DNA of 53,580 nt from a virus (lineage: Duplodnaviria > Caudoviricetes), in IMG/VR virus record IMGVR_UViG_3300015360_000055, positions 1 to 53,580 of that record; one strand, 5' to 3'. Of this stretch, positions 44,780-53,580 are shown piece by piece. Position 1 is the stretch's first letter. Every line of letters starts with the position of its first letter. The position numbers and the translations under genes were made by a program. Below the pieces are notes generated by a model. The model saw only the letters and a list, made by a program, of their open reading frames with translations. It made no database searches and had not been told where the DNA came from.

Positions 44780-47700
44780 ATGGCAGGTTTCGGTAGATCA
44801 CCTTTTGGAAGGGGACCGTTCGGGAGATCAGACACTGGTCATGATCTCGTCGTTCGCTCGTTTCCAGTTGAGTACTTCGATGACTCAATCGTACTGGACA
44901 TAGGTGAAACCCCCGCCAACAATGACAAGGACCCCCTTCTTAAGCTGATCAAGACTTACGCTCATCAGGTCTTCAAGCGCAGACTTGACATCGACAGGAT
45001 CCCGAACCTTCTTGATTTTGAAACCATGCCCCTGGAGATCGTCAGGCTCTGGGGTGACATGCTTGGCCTGGGGATCGATAAGAACGATCCTGAATTTCTT
45101 CAGCGTTCATTTCTTGGAAACGCAAGCCAGTGGCTTCAGATCAAAGCTTCTACTCGCGGTTACGAAGTCCGAGGATTGGCATCCGGATTCGACGTTTCAG
45201 TTGAAAACTTTTGGCGTATCGATGAAATCTACGCTCCGCTTATCCCTGCTCGATTCAAGTATTTACTGAAGCCAAGAGACGCGGATGAATCAGCGTTAAA
45301 AAAACTTCATACCGACTCTCCCCCTGGAACTCACCCAGGAACACCAACTTCTGAAGACTCGACTTATGCAAAGTCATCATACGTTCGTATTGTTTTCTCT
45401 GTTCATGAGCCAAGAAACAACAGCGTTAATTACAACACTCTCTTAGATCTGGTCATCGATAAAATCCGGGACGTTGTCGGCATCCATCACGAGATGCAGG
45501 CTCCTCAGTTCCTGGTCAAGATCCCAGTTGATGAAACTACCATTACCGTAACCATGCTCATCGAAGAGTTTGGTGTCTTCAATGGTAGTGAAACCTATAT
45601 TTACGACATCACTCCTGCGGACGAAATCCCAACCGACACTGGCATCTATTTGACGATGACTACTGGCGACGGTAACGTACTCACCATCGATACAGACATC
45701 GGAGTCACCGGAGAGATCACTGAGTTTGAATACGACCTCATTCTGAATGTTGCTCCGTACATGTCTGTGGAATACCAACTTGAGTCCGAGTGGGCACTCT
45801 CCGTAGACGAAGCAATCAGCATCGACTGGACCACTTCTTACGATGGGTTTGATGTTCAGGTTCCAATCAGTGTTGATTTCCTCATTGAAGCTTTTGAAAA
45901 TTACACTCCTTACGAAATCGAAGTAAATGCATCGATTGGATACCAATCGAACGAAATCGACAATGACATCCCAGTTGAGGCAGCCGATCACTACGATCTG
46001 ACTCCTGGCGATCTGGTCATCATCGACAGTCAGAGCGTTACGATTCAGATTTACGACATCACGCCAGTTGAAATCAACATGTCGATCCCTGTTGACCCAG
46101 AAGCAGACATGGGTTCGAGCGGATCTCATGAAAGCATTACCTTCATTATCGATCCTGCGATTGCTGCGATCAGAGAGATTGATGAAGAGTCTTACAGCGA
46201 AGTGGACGCCCTACCCACTGCAACCTTTCAGCTTGGCGTAACTCACAGCGATATTGAACTTTTTGTTGATGGATCAAACACAACAGTTGAGTTTATCGAG
46301 CAAGAAGAGCCATTCACCGTTGTGACTGAAATCACCAGCGTCATCTCTGCAAGCTCCGAAGAGATCGCCCTGGACTTCCCGGTCTCTGGATCCGCTGACA
46401 TTGTCTCCGAGCAAAGTCCTGCGCTCATTGAAATCACAGTCGGAGAGTTCGCATCGATTGAAAATCAAGAGTCAATCAACACAGGCGACTCACTCAGCAT
46501 TACCACGGCAGTTGAATCAATCTACGAGTCGGCTGAGCCAGTGGTCATGGTTGGCGAAACGATCGACTTAATCACTGATTCAGACGTGATTGAACTCTTC
46601 GTCTCGGCCAGCGCATCTCCTTTGATCGACACTCAGGAATCTCTCAATGACTCCGTAGAGACATCAATCGACACTGTTTATGAGATTGAGCAAGAAGTCG
46701 ATTACATCGTCCTTGACGCTCCACTTCAGATTCAAGTTATCCTGGTCTCTGACTCCAATCAGATGAGCATCAACGTGAACGAATCCTTCACCCTTGAGGT
46801 GAATGAATCTTCTACGACCGAGGCCGATGAGACCGTTACGGCAACCCTCACCCAGGCCCAGGAGTCTGAGGGAATCAACTTTGAAGTATCCGTTCCGCTC
46901 TCGGTTGAACTCGTCACCGAAGTCGATCAGTTCATTGTGTCGGTCGGTGAAACAGCTTCACTTGAGATCGCAGAGATGGCCTCGGGGGATATCTCCGAAC
47001 CCATCACGGTGTCGCAATTTATCGAGAATGAGGTCGAAACCCTTCTCTTTGACATCAATGTCAATGTAACCGCAGATCTCAGCTTCCTGACCGCTTTTGA
47101 GGTCACGGTCGGCGAGACGGTTGATTACGGGTTTCAGGAAGTTTTATCCTCTCACATATCTGAAACGGTCAGTGCTGAACAATTTGTTGAGCAGGAATCC
47201 GGAAGCATCTTCTTCAGCATCTCCGCAAATATTACCGCTGAGATCGACATCTCTACCGCACTTTCGGTCCCAGTGGGTGAGACGGTATCGATTGAATCAA
47301 GCGAGCATTCGAACGCCAGTATCGAAGAACTTGTTACGGTCACTCAGGTTGTCGGACAAGAGATCGAGACCCTCCTGTTTGAGGTTACCGTCAACGTTAC
47401 GGCGTCAATTGAGTTCGCGGTTGTTATGCCGGTGGATGCTGCCGGATCCACTTCGATTGACTCTAGTGAGTCGCTCGAATCATCCATTGAAGAGTCGATC
47501 ACTGTTTCCCAGTTCATCGAAGATGAGACAGAAACGCTCCTCTTCAATATTAACGTCAGCATCTCGGCATCCATTGATTTTGCCACGGCGATGTCTGTAT
47601 CGGCTGGCCCTGAAGCATTGTTCCAGTCTTCTGAACAAAGTGAAGTCGAGTCCTCAGTCTCCGCTTCAACCAGCATGTCTCGTGTGGATGAGATCTGGAA

Positions 47701-49660
47701 CGTAGGCTCCGCTGTTTCGATCTCCATTTCAGTCACCGATCAGGACCAAGAAACATTTGAAGTTGATGCACTTCCTGTTGCTGAACTCATCTCTTCTGAG
47801 TTCGTTCAAGAATCTGTCAGCGAGACCGCGTCCGCCACAATCGAGAAGGTCGATAGCATCCTCGACGCTCCTGTAAGTATCTCCGCTACGGTCAATAGCA
47901 GCACTGAGACCGGTGAGTCCGTAGAGATCAACGTGACTGAGGTAGTCTCTGAAACTGCCCATGAGTACTGGAGCAGCGACATTTCTGAGACAGTTCTTGT
48001 CAGCATTCAGAGAGTCGATGCCATCTTGTCGGCTGGTGTAGAGATCACTATTGATGTTCTAGTTTCTGACTTTGTCATTGAGACAATCGACATCCCAGTG
48101 TCTGGGTCCGCAAGCTATATTGCGACCGAATCTGAAGAGATTTCTCTTCAAGAGACGATTAGCATTGGTTCTTCAGCCGATGAATCTGATCTGCTCGCAG
48201 TATCGGTCAGCCCCACTCTTTCCATTGATCTTGAAGATCTCTCCAGAACCGCAGTCTCTGCAAGCGTTCAAGCTCAGTTCGACATTTTTGAAAACCTTCT
48301 CTCAGAGCTTTCTGAGATTGTTTCCTCTGAAATTTCTTCAACAGAGCAGCAAAACATCAGCGCGTCCATTAATGTTACCGCTGAAATCTCTCAAGAACAG
48401 GACTCAGAGACCATTGAGATCAACGCAACGATTCAAGTCATTCCAAGCGCGTTTGAGTCGGTCTTGTTTGACTCGGAAGAAACTACTTCCACCACACCGA
48501 TACTTCATGAGTCCACCGGGCTATCCGCTGAACTCACATTCACAGTGGGCATGGAGATCGAAATATTCACTCAGGTCACGTCCACCTCGATTGAAATTCC
48601 AGTCGATGTGAACGAGTCGATTGATTTCATCTCCTCTGAATCTTCTAAGATTGATCAGCCTGGAGTCATCAGTGTTGATTCTGACTCCAGCTCTGAAAAC
48701 CTAGATATCTCTGTTGCGGCATCGGCAACGATCAGCAACCTAATGAATGAGCTTGTTTCTGAGATGACCGCAGAAACCTCTCTCACGATTGACTACCGAG
48801 AAGCCGAAGAAGGCGAAGTCATTCTTTCCATTGGCGCAGAGATCACCGTTCTTCTTGAGCAGGTCAATGCAATCATCACGATTCCAGTGGGTGAGACTCT
48901 CACGACTGCATTCTCTGAGAGTGTCTCTGAAATCACACTTTCAACACTGATGAGCGTGACATTTAGTCCTGACGAGTTCGACGCCATCTTCATCGAAGTT
49001 CCAGCCACTCCTTCTGTTGTTCTTGAGGCTATCCAAGCAACCTTATTTATCTCTGCCGCTGGAACCGTTGGCTCTCAGGTCTCTGAACTGGTCGATGAAA
49101 GCGTCTCCGTATCTGGAACCGTTCAGATCAGTCCTGCTGAGTTCGAGTCGATCACGATGAACGTAAACGCGTCTCCAAGCGCGTCTCTGATCGCTGAATT
49201 CACTCAGATGTCAGCCAGCGTGGGCGAAAGTATTTCCGAGCAAATCAACGTCAGTGCCGATATTTTCATCGGTCTGTTGACGAGCTTGACGGAAAGTATT
49301 GCCGAGCTTGAGAAGATCACGATCAATACTCCTCCAACGATCACTGTAGAATTCCAAGAGAGGCTCACTGCCTCGGCAAGTGAGACACTAAACATTTCGT
49401 CAAGTCTTTCCGAACTCGCAACGATTGGTGTTACTCTTTCATCTAGCGTTATATTCACCAGAGAAGCAGAGAACACGCAGACTTGGTCGATCAACACGGG
49501 AGTCAACACGACTTACAAGTTGAACGAATTGTCTGGTGGTAACAGTGCTCTTCAAGGATGGTGGGTTGACCCGTTAAGAAACTTTGATCTAACAGCGGCA
49601 GATGTCGCTCCAACAGAGTCGTCTGGGTATGTGACGATGACAATCACTGTTGGACCTTGA
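44780..49660 (+). CDS. baseplate wedge (gp7/P2 I-like N-terminus) with a long acidic repeat region
   Basis: GFGRSPFGRGPFG, LLD...P..IVRLWGDMLG, QIKAST, then about 1350 aa rich in S/T/E/V/I. Confidence 0.7.
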   Translation: MAGFGRSPFGRGPFGRSDTGHDLVVRSFPVEYFDDSIVLDIGETPANNDKDPLLKLIKTYAHQVFKRRLDIDRIPNLLDFETMPLEIVRLWGDMLGLGIDKNDPEFLQRSFLGNASQWLQIKASTRGYEVRGLASGFDVSVENFWRIDEIYAPLIPARFKYLLKPRDADESALKKLHTDSPPGTHPGTPTSEDSTYAKSSYVRIVFSVHEPRNNSVNYNTLLDLVIDKIRDVVGIHHEMQAPQFLVKIPVDETTITVTMLIEEFGVFNGSETYIYDITPADEIPTDTGIYLTMTTGDGNVLTIDTDIGVTGEITEFEYDLILNVAPYMSVEYQLESEWALSVDEAISIDWTTSYDGFDVQVPISVDFLIEAFENYTPYEIEVNASIGYQSNEIDNDIPVEAADHYDLTPGDLVIIDSQSVTIQIYDITPVEINMSIPVDPEADMGSSGSHESITFIIDPAIAAIREIDEESYSEVDALPTATFQLGVTHSDIELFVDGSNTTVEFIEQEEPFTVVTEITSVISASSEEIALDFPVSGSADIVSEQSPALIEITVGEFASIENQESINTGDSLSITTAVESIYESAEPVVMVGETIDLITDSDVIELFVSASASPLIDTQESLNDSVETSIDTVYEIEQEVDYIVLDAPLQIQVILVSDSNQMSINVNESFTLEVNESSTTEADETVTATLTQAQESEGINFEVSVPLSVELVTEVDQFIVSVGETASLEIAEMASGDISEPITVSQFIENEVETLLFDINVNVTADLSFLTAFEVTVGETVDYGFQEVLSSHISETVSAEQFVEQESGSIFFSISANITAEIDISTALSVPVGETVSIESSEHSNASIEELVTVTQVVGQEIETLLFEVTVNVTASIEFAVVMPVDAAGSTSIDSSESLESSIEESITVSQFIEDETETLLFNINVSISASIDFATAMSVSAGPEALFQSSEQSEVESSVSASTSMSRVDEIWNVGSAVSISISVTDQDQETFEVDALPVAELISSEFVQESVSETASATIEKVDSILDAPVSISATVNSSTETGESVEINVTEVVSETAHEYWSSDISETVLVSIQRVDAILSAGVEITIDVLVSDFVIETIDIPVSGSASYIATESEEISLQETISIGSSADESDLLAVSVSPTLSIDLEDLSRTAVSASVQAQFDIFENLLSELSEIVSSEISSTEQQNISASINVTAEISQEQDSETIEINATIQVIPSAFESVLFDSEETTSTTPILHESTGLSAELTFTVGMEIEIFTQVTSTSIEIPVDVNESIDFISSESSKIDQPGVISVDSDSSSENLDISVAASATISNLMNELVSEMTAETSLTIDYREAEEGEVILSIGAEITVLLEQVNAIITIPVGETLTTAFSESVSEITLSTLMSVTFSPDEFDAIFIEVPATPSVVLEAIQATLFISAAGTVGSQVSELVDESVSVSGTVQISPAEFESITMNVNASPSASLIAEFTQMSASVGESISEQINVSADIFIGLLTSLTESIAELEKITINTPPTITVEFQERLTASASETLNISSSLSELATIGVTLSSSVIFTREAENTQTWSINTGVNTTYKLNELSGGNSALQGWWVDPLRNFDLTAADVAPTESSGYVTMTITVGP
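47124..47140 (-). repeat. dispersed motif copy 6, TTCCTGAAACCCGTAAT
   Basis: Reverse complement read directly; inside a CDS. Confidence 0.9.
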
Positions 49661-49669
49661 GAAATACAC

Positions 49670-49698
49670 TTGAGGTACGTTCAATAGGCGTTTAAGAT
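49670..49698 (+). promoter_or_regulatory. sigma70-like promoter
   Basis: TTGAGG, 17 nt, TAAGAT in an intergenic gap. Confidence 0.45.
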
Positions 49699-49770
49699 AC
49701 ATACATAAAGCGTGGTTGCTTTTTTGGATTTGCTCGCAAGAGCATGTAACAAACTCATGGAGGATTTCTC

Positions 49771-50277
49771 GTGGCTAACGTAATTTCAGCACTTCTCACG
49801 AACACAGGCCGGGCTGCTCTTGCTAGATCTTTTGGCGGACCAACTGGCTCTTTTTCTTGGTCTTATGGTCAGTATTTCAAAATTGGCGTTGCTATGCACA
49901 CGCAAGATGTCAGCGGACAGGATCAACCGATTGCTCCTAGTGCTGCATTCACCGATGTTCAGTCGATCGCTTCGGGCGTGTTTTACTATCGCAAGACATT
50001 CCAAAGCGCCGACATTCTTTTCATCAGCACTGCAACGATTCAGTTCCGTTGTTTCCTGGATCTCCTCGAAGCAAACGGCGTTGTTGGGTCTGAGCCAGAT
50101 ACCGGCGCTGGTGTTAATGGCCCTAAGAACTCATCTTCTTTGGGCGGAAACGCTCCCGTGTTCTATGAACTCGGAATTTTCGATCCACAAGATGTCATGG
50201 TTGCTTATGGAACGTTTCCTGGCGAAACAAAGCTGAACACAAAGACTCTTAACCACCTGGTGAATATCAACTTCTAA
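49771..50277 (+). CDS. tail-collar/fibre attachment protein
   Basis: GGAGG SD; LLTNTGRAALAR, ELGIFD...MVAYGTFP.ETK pattern of tail-collar fibre domains. Confidence 0.7.
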   Translation: MANVISALLTNTGRAALARSFGGPTGSFSWSYGQYFKIGVAMHTQDVSGQDQPIAPSAAFTDVQSIASGVFYYRKTFQSADILFISTATIQFRCFLDLLEANGVVGSEPDTGAGVNGPKNSSSLGGNAPVFYELGIFDPQDVMVAYGTFPGETKLNTKTLNHLVNINF

Positions 50278-50368
50278 TCGTTGATTGAAGCGGGTGTTTC
50301 TGTAGAATTAGAAACACCTATGTTTAACTTGTGGAAGCCCTAATCCTATTTAGGGAGGTGGAGTAACT

Positions 50369-53300
50369 GTGGCCATTTACAGCACGACCAGTATCGATTA
50401 CGAATACATTAAAGTTCGCTGGCAAGAGCCCTATGTGTCGAATGCACTGAACAGGAAAATGTTCGGTCTTCTTCCCAAGGGTATCTACAGCGGATTTGTA
50501 ATCGGCGCTGGCGGTCTGAGCACTCGCGACATCCAAATTACTACTGGCTCAGTCAGTGGTGGTCTTGGAACCGGTCTCACGGGTGGATATGTCTCCGGTA
50601 ATTTCGATGAAACAACGTCGTACTCGATCGCGATTCATCAAAATAGTTCTGGCTGGTCAACGACTGTGTCGATGCCCCCCGGATCTCTTCCAGCTCACCT
50701 CGATGCGACAGGGCAAAACGGAAACCGCGTCTATGCGGTTATCGATGTAAACTACAATCTCAACCAAGCGACGACTGCGAATTTTCTCTTGGTCAACAGT
50801 ACTCAGATTGATCAAAATCCGAGCTACATTGTTATTGGTTACTGCGACGTTCCTTCAAATCCAGGCACACCACTTGATGCGTCGATGTTTGGGTATAACG
50901 ACTCGAACTATCCTCGCCTCACACCTCTTGCGACCCCACAGAAGGCAGGCTTCATGCCTACTTCTGTGTGGTCACAATTGAACCAATTCTTTCTCTGGGA
51001 AAGCCTGTGCTTGTCTGAGCGTGACCCGAATGACAACAATGTCATTCAGATCTACCCTTCACAGAAGGTGAACTCGGTTAACAACAAGAGAGTTTACACC
51101 TACATCTTGGCGAATATTGCGTCCAAGTTTCCCCGCAGCTCTGCCGGGCTTTATGCCGGTGGCGTAGCGAATGATCAGCTCACCAAGCTGAATATCACGA
51201 CAGGTGTCATCTCCGGCGCTCACGCGATCACCGGAAATACAACCTTCGCAATCCCCTCGGTCAACGGAGTCGCAAGCTCCTTCCAAGTGGGTATCGTTGC
51301 TCTCGATAGCGGCGACAACATCAACGTCACCTACGGATCTGTTTACGCAAGCTCCGCTTTAGCCCTCCTTGATGACAACCTTCCGGTTGTTGGGAAGAGC
51401 TTGATGCAGATCTGCCTGTTCTTGGTTCAAACCAACGCAGGCGGCGTGATTCAGCCTCTGGGCGCTTCTTCGATTTATGATCGTCGCCCGTTCTTGAACG
51501 TCGGTGGCGGTGCAAGTGGTGGTGCCGGATCCCTCCTGGTTCAGTACCTCTCTGACTTCGAAAACTCGATTTACTCTTTCGATCTTCCTTACGACTTCTC
51601 CACGGATGCATCGACACTCCTGGACACGGTCAACTCCACTGGCGCTTACGATCTCGTCAACAGCGTATTCAGCCTGAGTGCCGCTGCTCGGACGATGATC
51701 ACCCTTAATCTTCTTTCGACCGACTTCCTGAACAATGAGCAGGATCTTACGGACGCCGCTCTTCAAGTCTCCTGGCTCTCCGGAAGCGTCGATACTGCTG
51801 CAACTTATCAGCTCTCTCGCGATGGCGGCATCAGCTATCAGACCGTGACAATGACTCAGTTGTCAGAAAGCACTGACTTCACCGGTCGCCTGATCTTCAC
51901 CGATACCGATACTCTCTCTACTCTTTCGACTTACGTCTCTGGGAACATCGATTCCACTCAGCCGTTTGACAACGCTTCCAATCAGCAGCTTGCTCAGGTC
52001 TTCACGATCTCGGGTGAGTCCGTGTTCAAGCAAGCAGAAATTCAAGTCAACAAGGTTGGATCTCCTGGTGGTTCTTTGACCCTCCAGTTGGTTCGTGACT
52101 CGGCTGGATCCCCATCGTCTGTTGCAACTGACATCGTCTCTGTCAGCTCTCCAATCGCGATCTCTGGCCTCTCGGCTGGTGTGAACGTGATTCAAGCAAC
52201 CCTCCCGACCACAGTCCTGAAGGCCGGGACCTATCACCTGGTTATGGTTGTGGATGCTACCTACAAGGCTTCATGGGTCAGTACAACGACCGAGCTTCAA
52301 CTTCGGACGGATGCTTCTGCTCCTTCGATCTCTGTTGCAAAGCAGTACAACGGAACCACTTGGACCGCACTCACCACTGAGTCAGCCTCTTACGTTCTCC
52401 GTGGTCGCTCGATGGATCTTCGCCTGAAGATCACGTCTTCTACCGCATCGAAGCTCTCAGGCTTCAATGTCATGTACTCTCCGGACGCTTCTGTGATCGT
52501 TCCTCAGCAGCAACAGCAGACGATCGTCTTCGCCGGAAGCACGAACCCAAGTTCCTTCACGCTAACGAACTTTGCTCCAAACGCAAACACGCTCAAAGTT
52601 TACGAAGCAGATACCGGAAAAGTATTCGTCTACCCAGCCTTCAGCTTAAACGGTCAGGTCATCACCTTTCCGACCAACACTTTCAATCTTCCTGGTCAAA
52701 CAGTCACTCTCGTTTTTGACCAAACTCAGGGTGGAGTGGTGGATCAGAGCGGTGCAAACGCAACGAACATCGCCACTCAGACCGCACAACTCACAGCCTT
52801 GGGGTCTCAGCTCGATGACTTGAAACGTGTGTCGCTTTCAATGATCAACGTCCCCAATACAACGATCGTTGGACGGGCGCAGATTCCTGATCTGTCCAAT
52901 GATCTAGCAGTTCGGATGGGAATTGATAGATTTCAAGGATTTTCCCTTGTTCCTATTCAAAATGAGTTTGGTCCCGCCGGTCAGCCAGTATTCGGCGCTC
53001 TGAATGATGATCGTGGACTGGTTCGTTTCGTTGGAAATTGGGCACAGTTTAACTCTACAGGTGGTGGCAATCGACCAGAGAGCCAGACCAATGGGGATTA
53101 CTGCGAGATCACGTTCTACGGAACCGGATTGAATCTTCTGATTGCTGCTACTAACTTTGACACTTCTGCAACTTATGCCGTAGATGGGGGGTCTGCTGTT
53201 TCTTTCGGAGTCCCCGGAACAGCTTCAGGAGTTATAGCTGGCAGATTGTACAACCAAAATCAGGTTTTCACCGCTGCCGGATTACAAGGTCTGGCTCTTG

Positions 53301-53580
53301 GCATCCACACCGTCAAGATAACTTCGGTTGCGAACGTAATGGATATTTTTGGGTATGAAGTCGTAAGTTCGTCTTCAACCATTAAGATTCAGCCAGGTAC
53401 TTACTACGCTAACTCGAAAGCAATGGTGCTCGCATCTCAGCAGTCCATTGTTCACAATACCACTTTCGAGTCTGGCACTCTCGGGTCTCGCGGTGGTCGT
53501 GTTAGCGTTTATCTTAAGTCTGACGGGACCATTGGCAAGGCTGTTCAACCCACAAACGCATCACAGTTAAATTTAACTTC
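50369..53580 (+). CDS. large tail fibre/receptor-binding protein, truncated by the window end (not in ORF track)
   Basis: GGAGGTGGAG SD, GTG 50369; MAIYSTTSIDYEYIKVRWQEPYVSNALNRKMFGLLPKGIYSGF; S/T/G-rich; frame open at every spot check through to ...DGTIGKAVQPTNASQLNLT. Confidence 0.8.
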   Translation, partial: MAIYSTTSIDYEYIKVRWQEPYVSNALNRKMFGLLPKGIYSGFVIGAGGLSTRDIQITTGSVSGGLGTGLTGGYVSGNFDETTSYSIAIHQNSSGWSTTVSMPPGSLPAHLDATGQNGNRVYAVIDVNYNLNQATTANFLLVNSTQIDQNPSYIVIGYCDVPSNPGTPLDASMFGYNDSNYPRLTPLATPQKAGFMPTSVWSQLNQFFLWESLCLSERDPNDNNVIQIYPSQKVNSVNNKRVYTYILANIASKFPRSSAGLYAGGVANDQLTKLNITTGVISGAHAITGNTTFAIPSVNGVASSFQVGIVALDSGDNINVTYGSVYASSALALLDDNLPVVGKSLMQICLFLVQTNAGGVIQPLGASSIYDRRPFLNVGGGASGGAGSLLVQYLSDFENSIYSFDLPYDFSTDASTLLDTVNSTGAYDLVNSVFSLSAAARTMITLNLLSTDFLNNEQDLTDAALQVSWLSGSVDTAATYQLSRDGGISYQTVTMTQLSESTDFTGRLIFTDTDTLSTLSTYVSGNIDSTQPFDNASNQQLAQVFTISGESVFKQAEIQVNKVGSPGGSLTLQLVRDSAGSPSSVATDIVSVSSPIAISGLSAGVNVIQATLPTTVLKAGTYHLVMVVDATYKASWVSTTTELQLRTDASAPSISVAKQYNGTTWTALTTESASYVLRGRSMDLRLKITSSTASKLSGFNVMYSPDASVIVPQQQQQTIVFAGSTNPSSFTLTNFAPNANTLKVYEADTGKVFVYPAFSLNGQVITFPTNTFNLPGQTVTLVFDQTQGGVVDQSGANATNIATQTAQLTALGSQLDDLKRVSLSMINVPNTTIVGRAQIPDLSNDLAVRMGIDRFQGFSLVPIQNEFGPAGQPVFGALNDDRGLVRFVGNWAQFNSTGGGNRPESQTNGDYCEITFYGTGLNLLIAATNFDTSATYAVDGGSAVSFGVPGTASGVIAGRLYNQNQVFTAAGLQGLALGIHTVKITSVANVMDIFGYEVVSSSSTIKIQPGTYYANSKAMVLASQQSIVHNTTFESGTLGSRGGRVSVYLKSDGTIGKAVQPTNASQLNLT

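Noticed and set aside
3858-47140. Dispersed motif as a CRISPR repeat (contains TGAAAC)
   Set aside because: Copies are short, kilobases apart and in both orientations; no spacers or cas genes.
50324-52237. Short track ORFs in the last 3 kb
   Set aside because: They overlap or abut the long fibre frame starting at 50369 and are shadows.
1-53580. Stop-codon reassignment, introns or inteins
   Set aside because: TAA, TAG and TGA all end full-length genes, and core genes are uninterrupted.

Overview
The window is the virion-morphogenesis region of a large tailed phage (myovirus), almost entirely on the + strand and in the standard genetic code. Order: 3' end of a fibre-like gene; small accessory ORFs; a tubulin/FtsZ-superfamily GTPase; large terminase; T4 gp20-type portal; a 1791-aa modular acidic protein; a gp21-type prohead protease fused to a scaffold; gp23-type major capsid protein; neck genes mixed with more acidic head-type proteins; an rmlD-rmlC-rmlA sugar-nucleotide cassette; tail completion/terminator; sheath; three tube paralogues; an HNH gene; an RHH regulator; a LysM wedge protein; a tail chaperone with a -1 frameshift; tape measure; hub; spike; baseplate wedges; a 1626-aa acidic repeat protein; and a tail fibre that runs off the end. 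Top leads: (1) the 1791-aa protein (and a 794-aa one) look like capsid-packaged polyproteins, with small phage domains joined by [ILV]-x-E prohead-protease-like sites; (2) a non-palindromic 13-17 bp DNA motif (CCTGAAACCCGTA) occurs six times about 4-12 kb apart, in both orientations, inside and outside genes, alongside a tubulin and RHH proteins; (3) a dTDP-rhamnose cassette inside the structural operon, with recurring GVSG motifs in structural proteins, suggests possible virion glycosylation. All calls come from reading motifs by eye; no searches were run.
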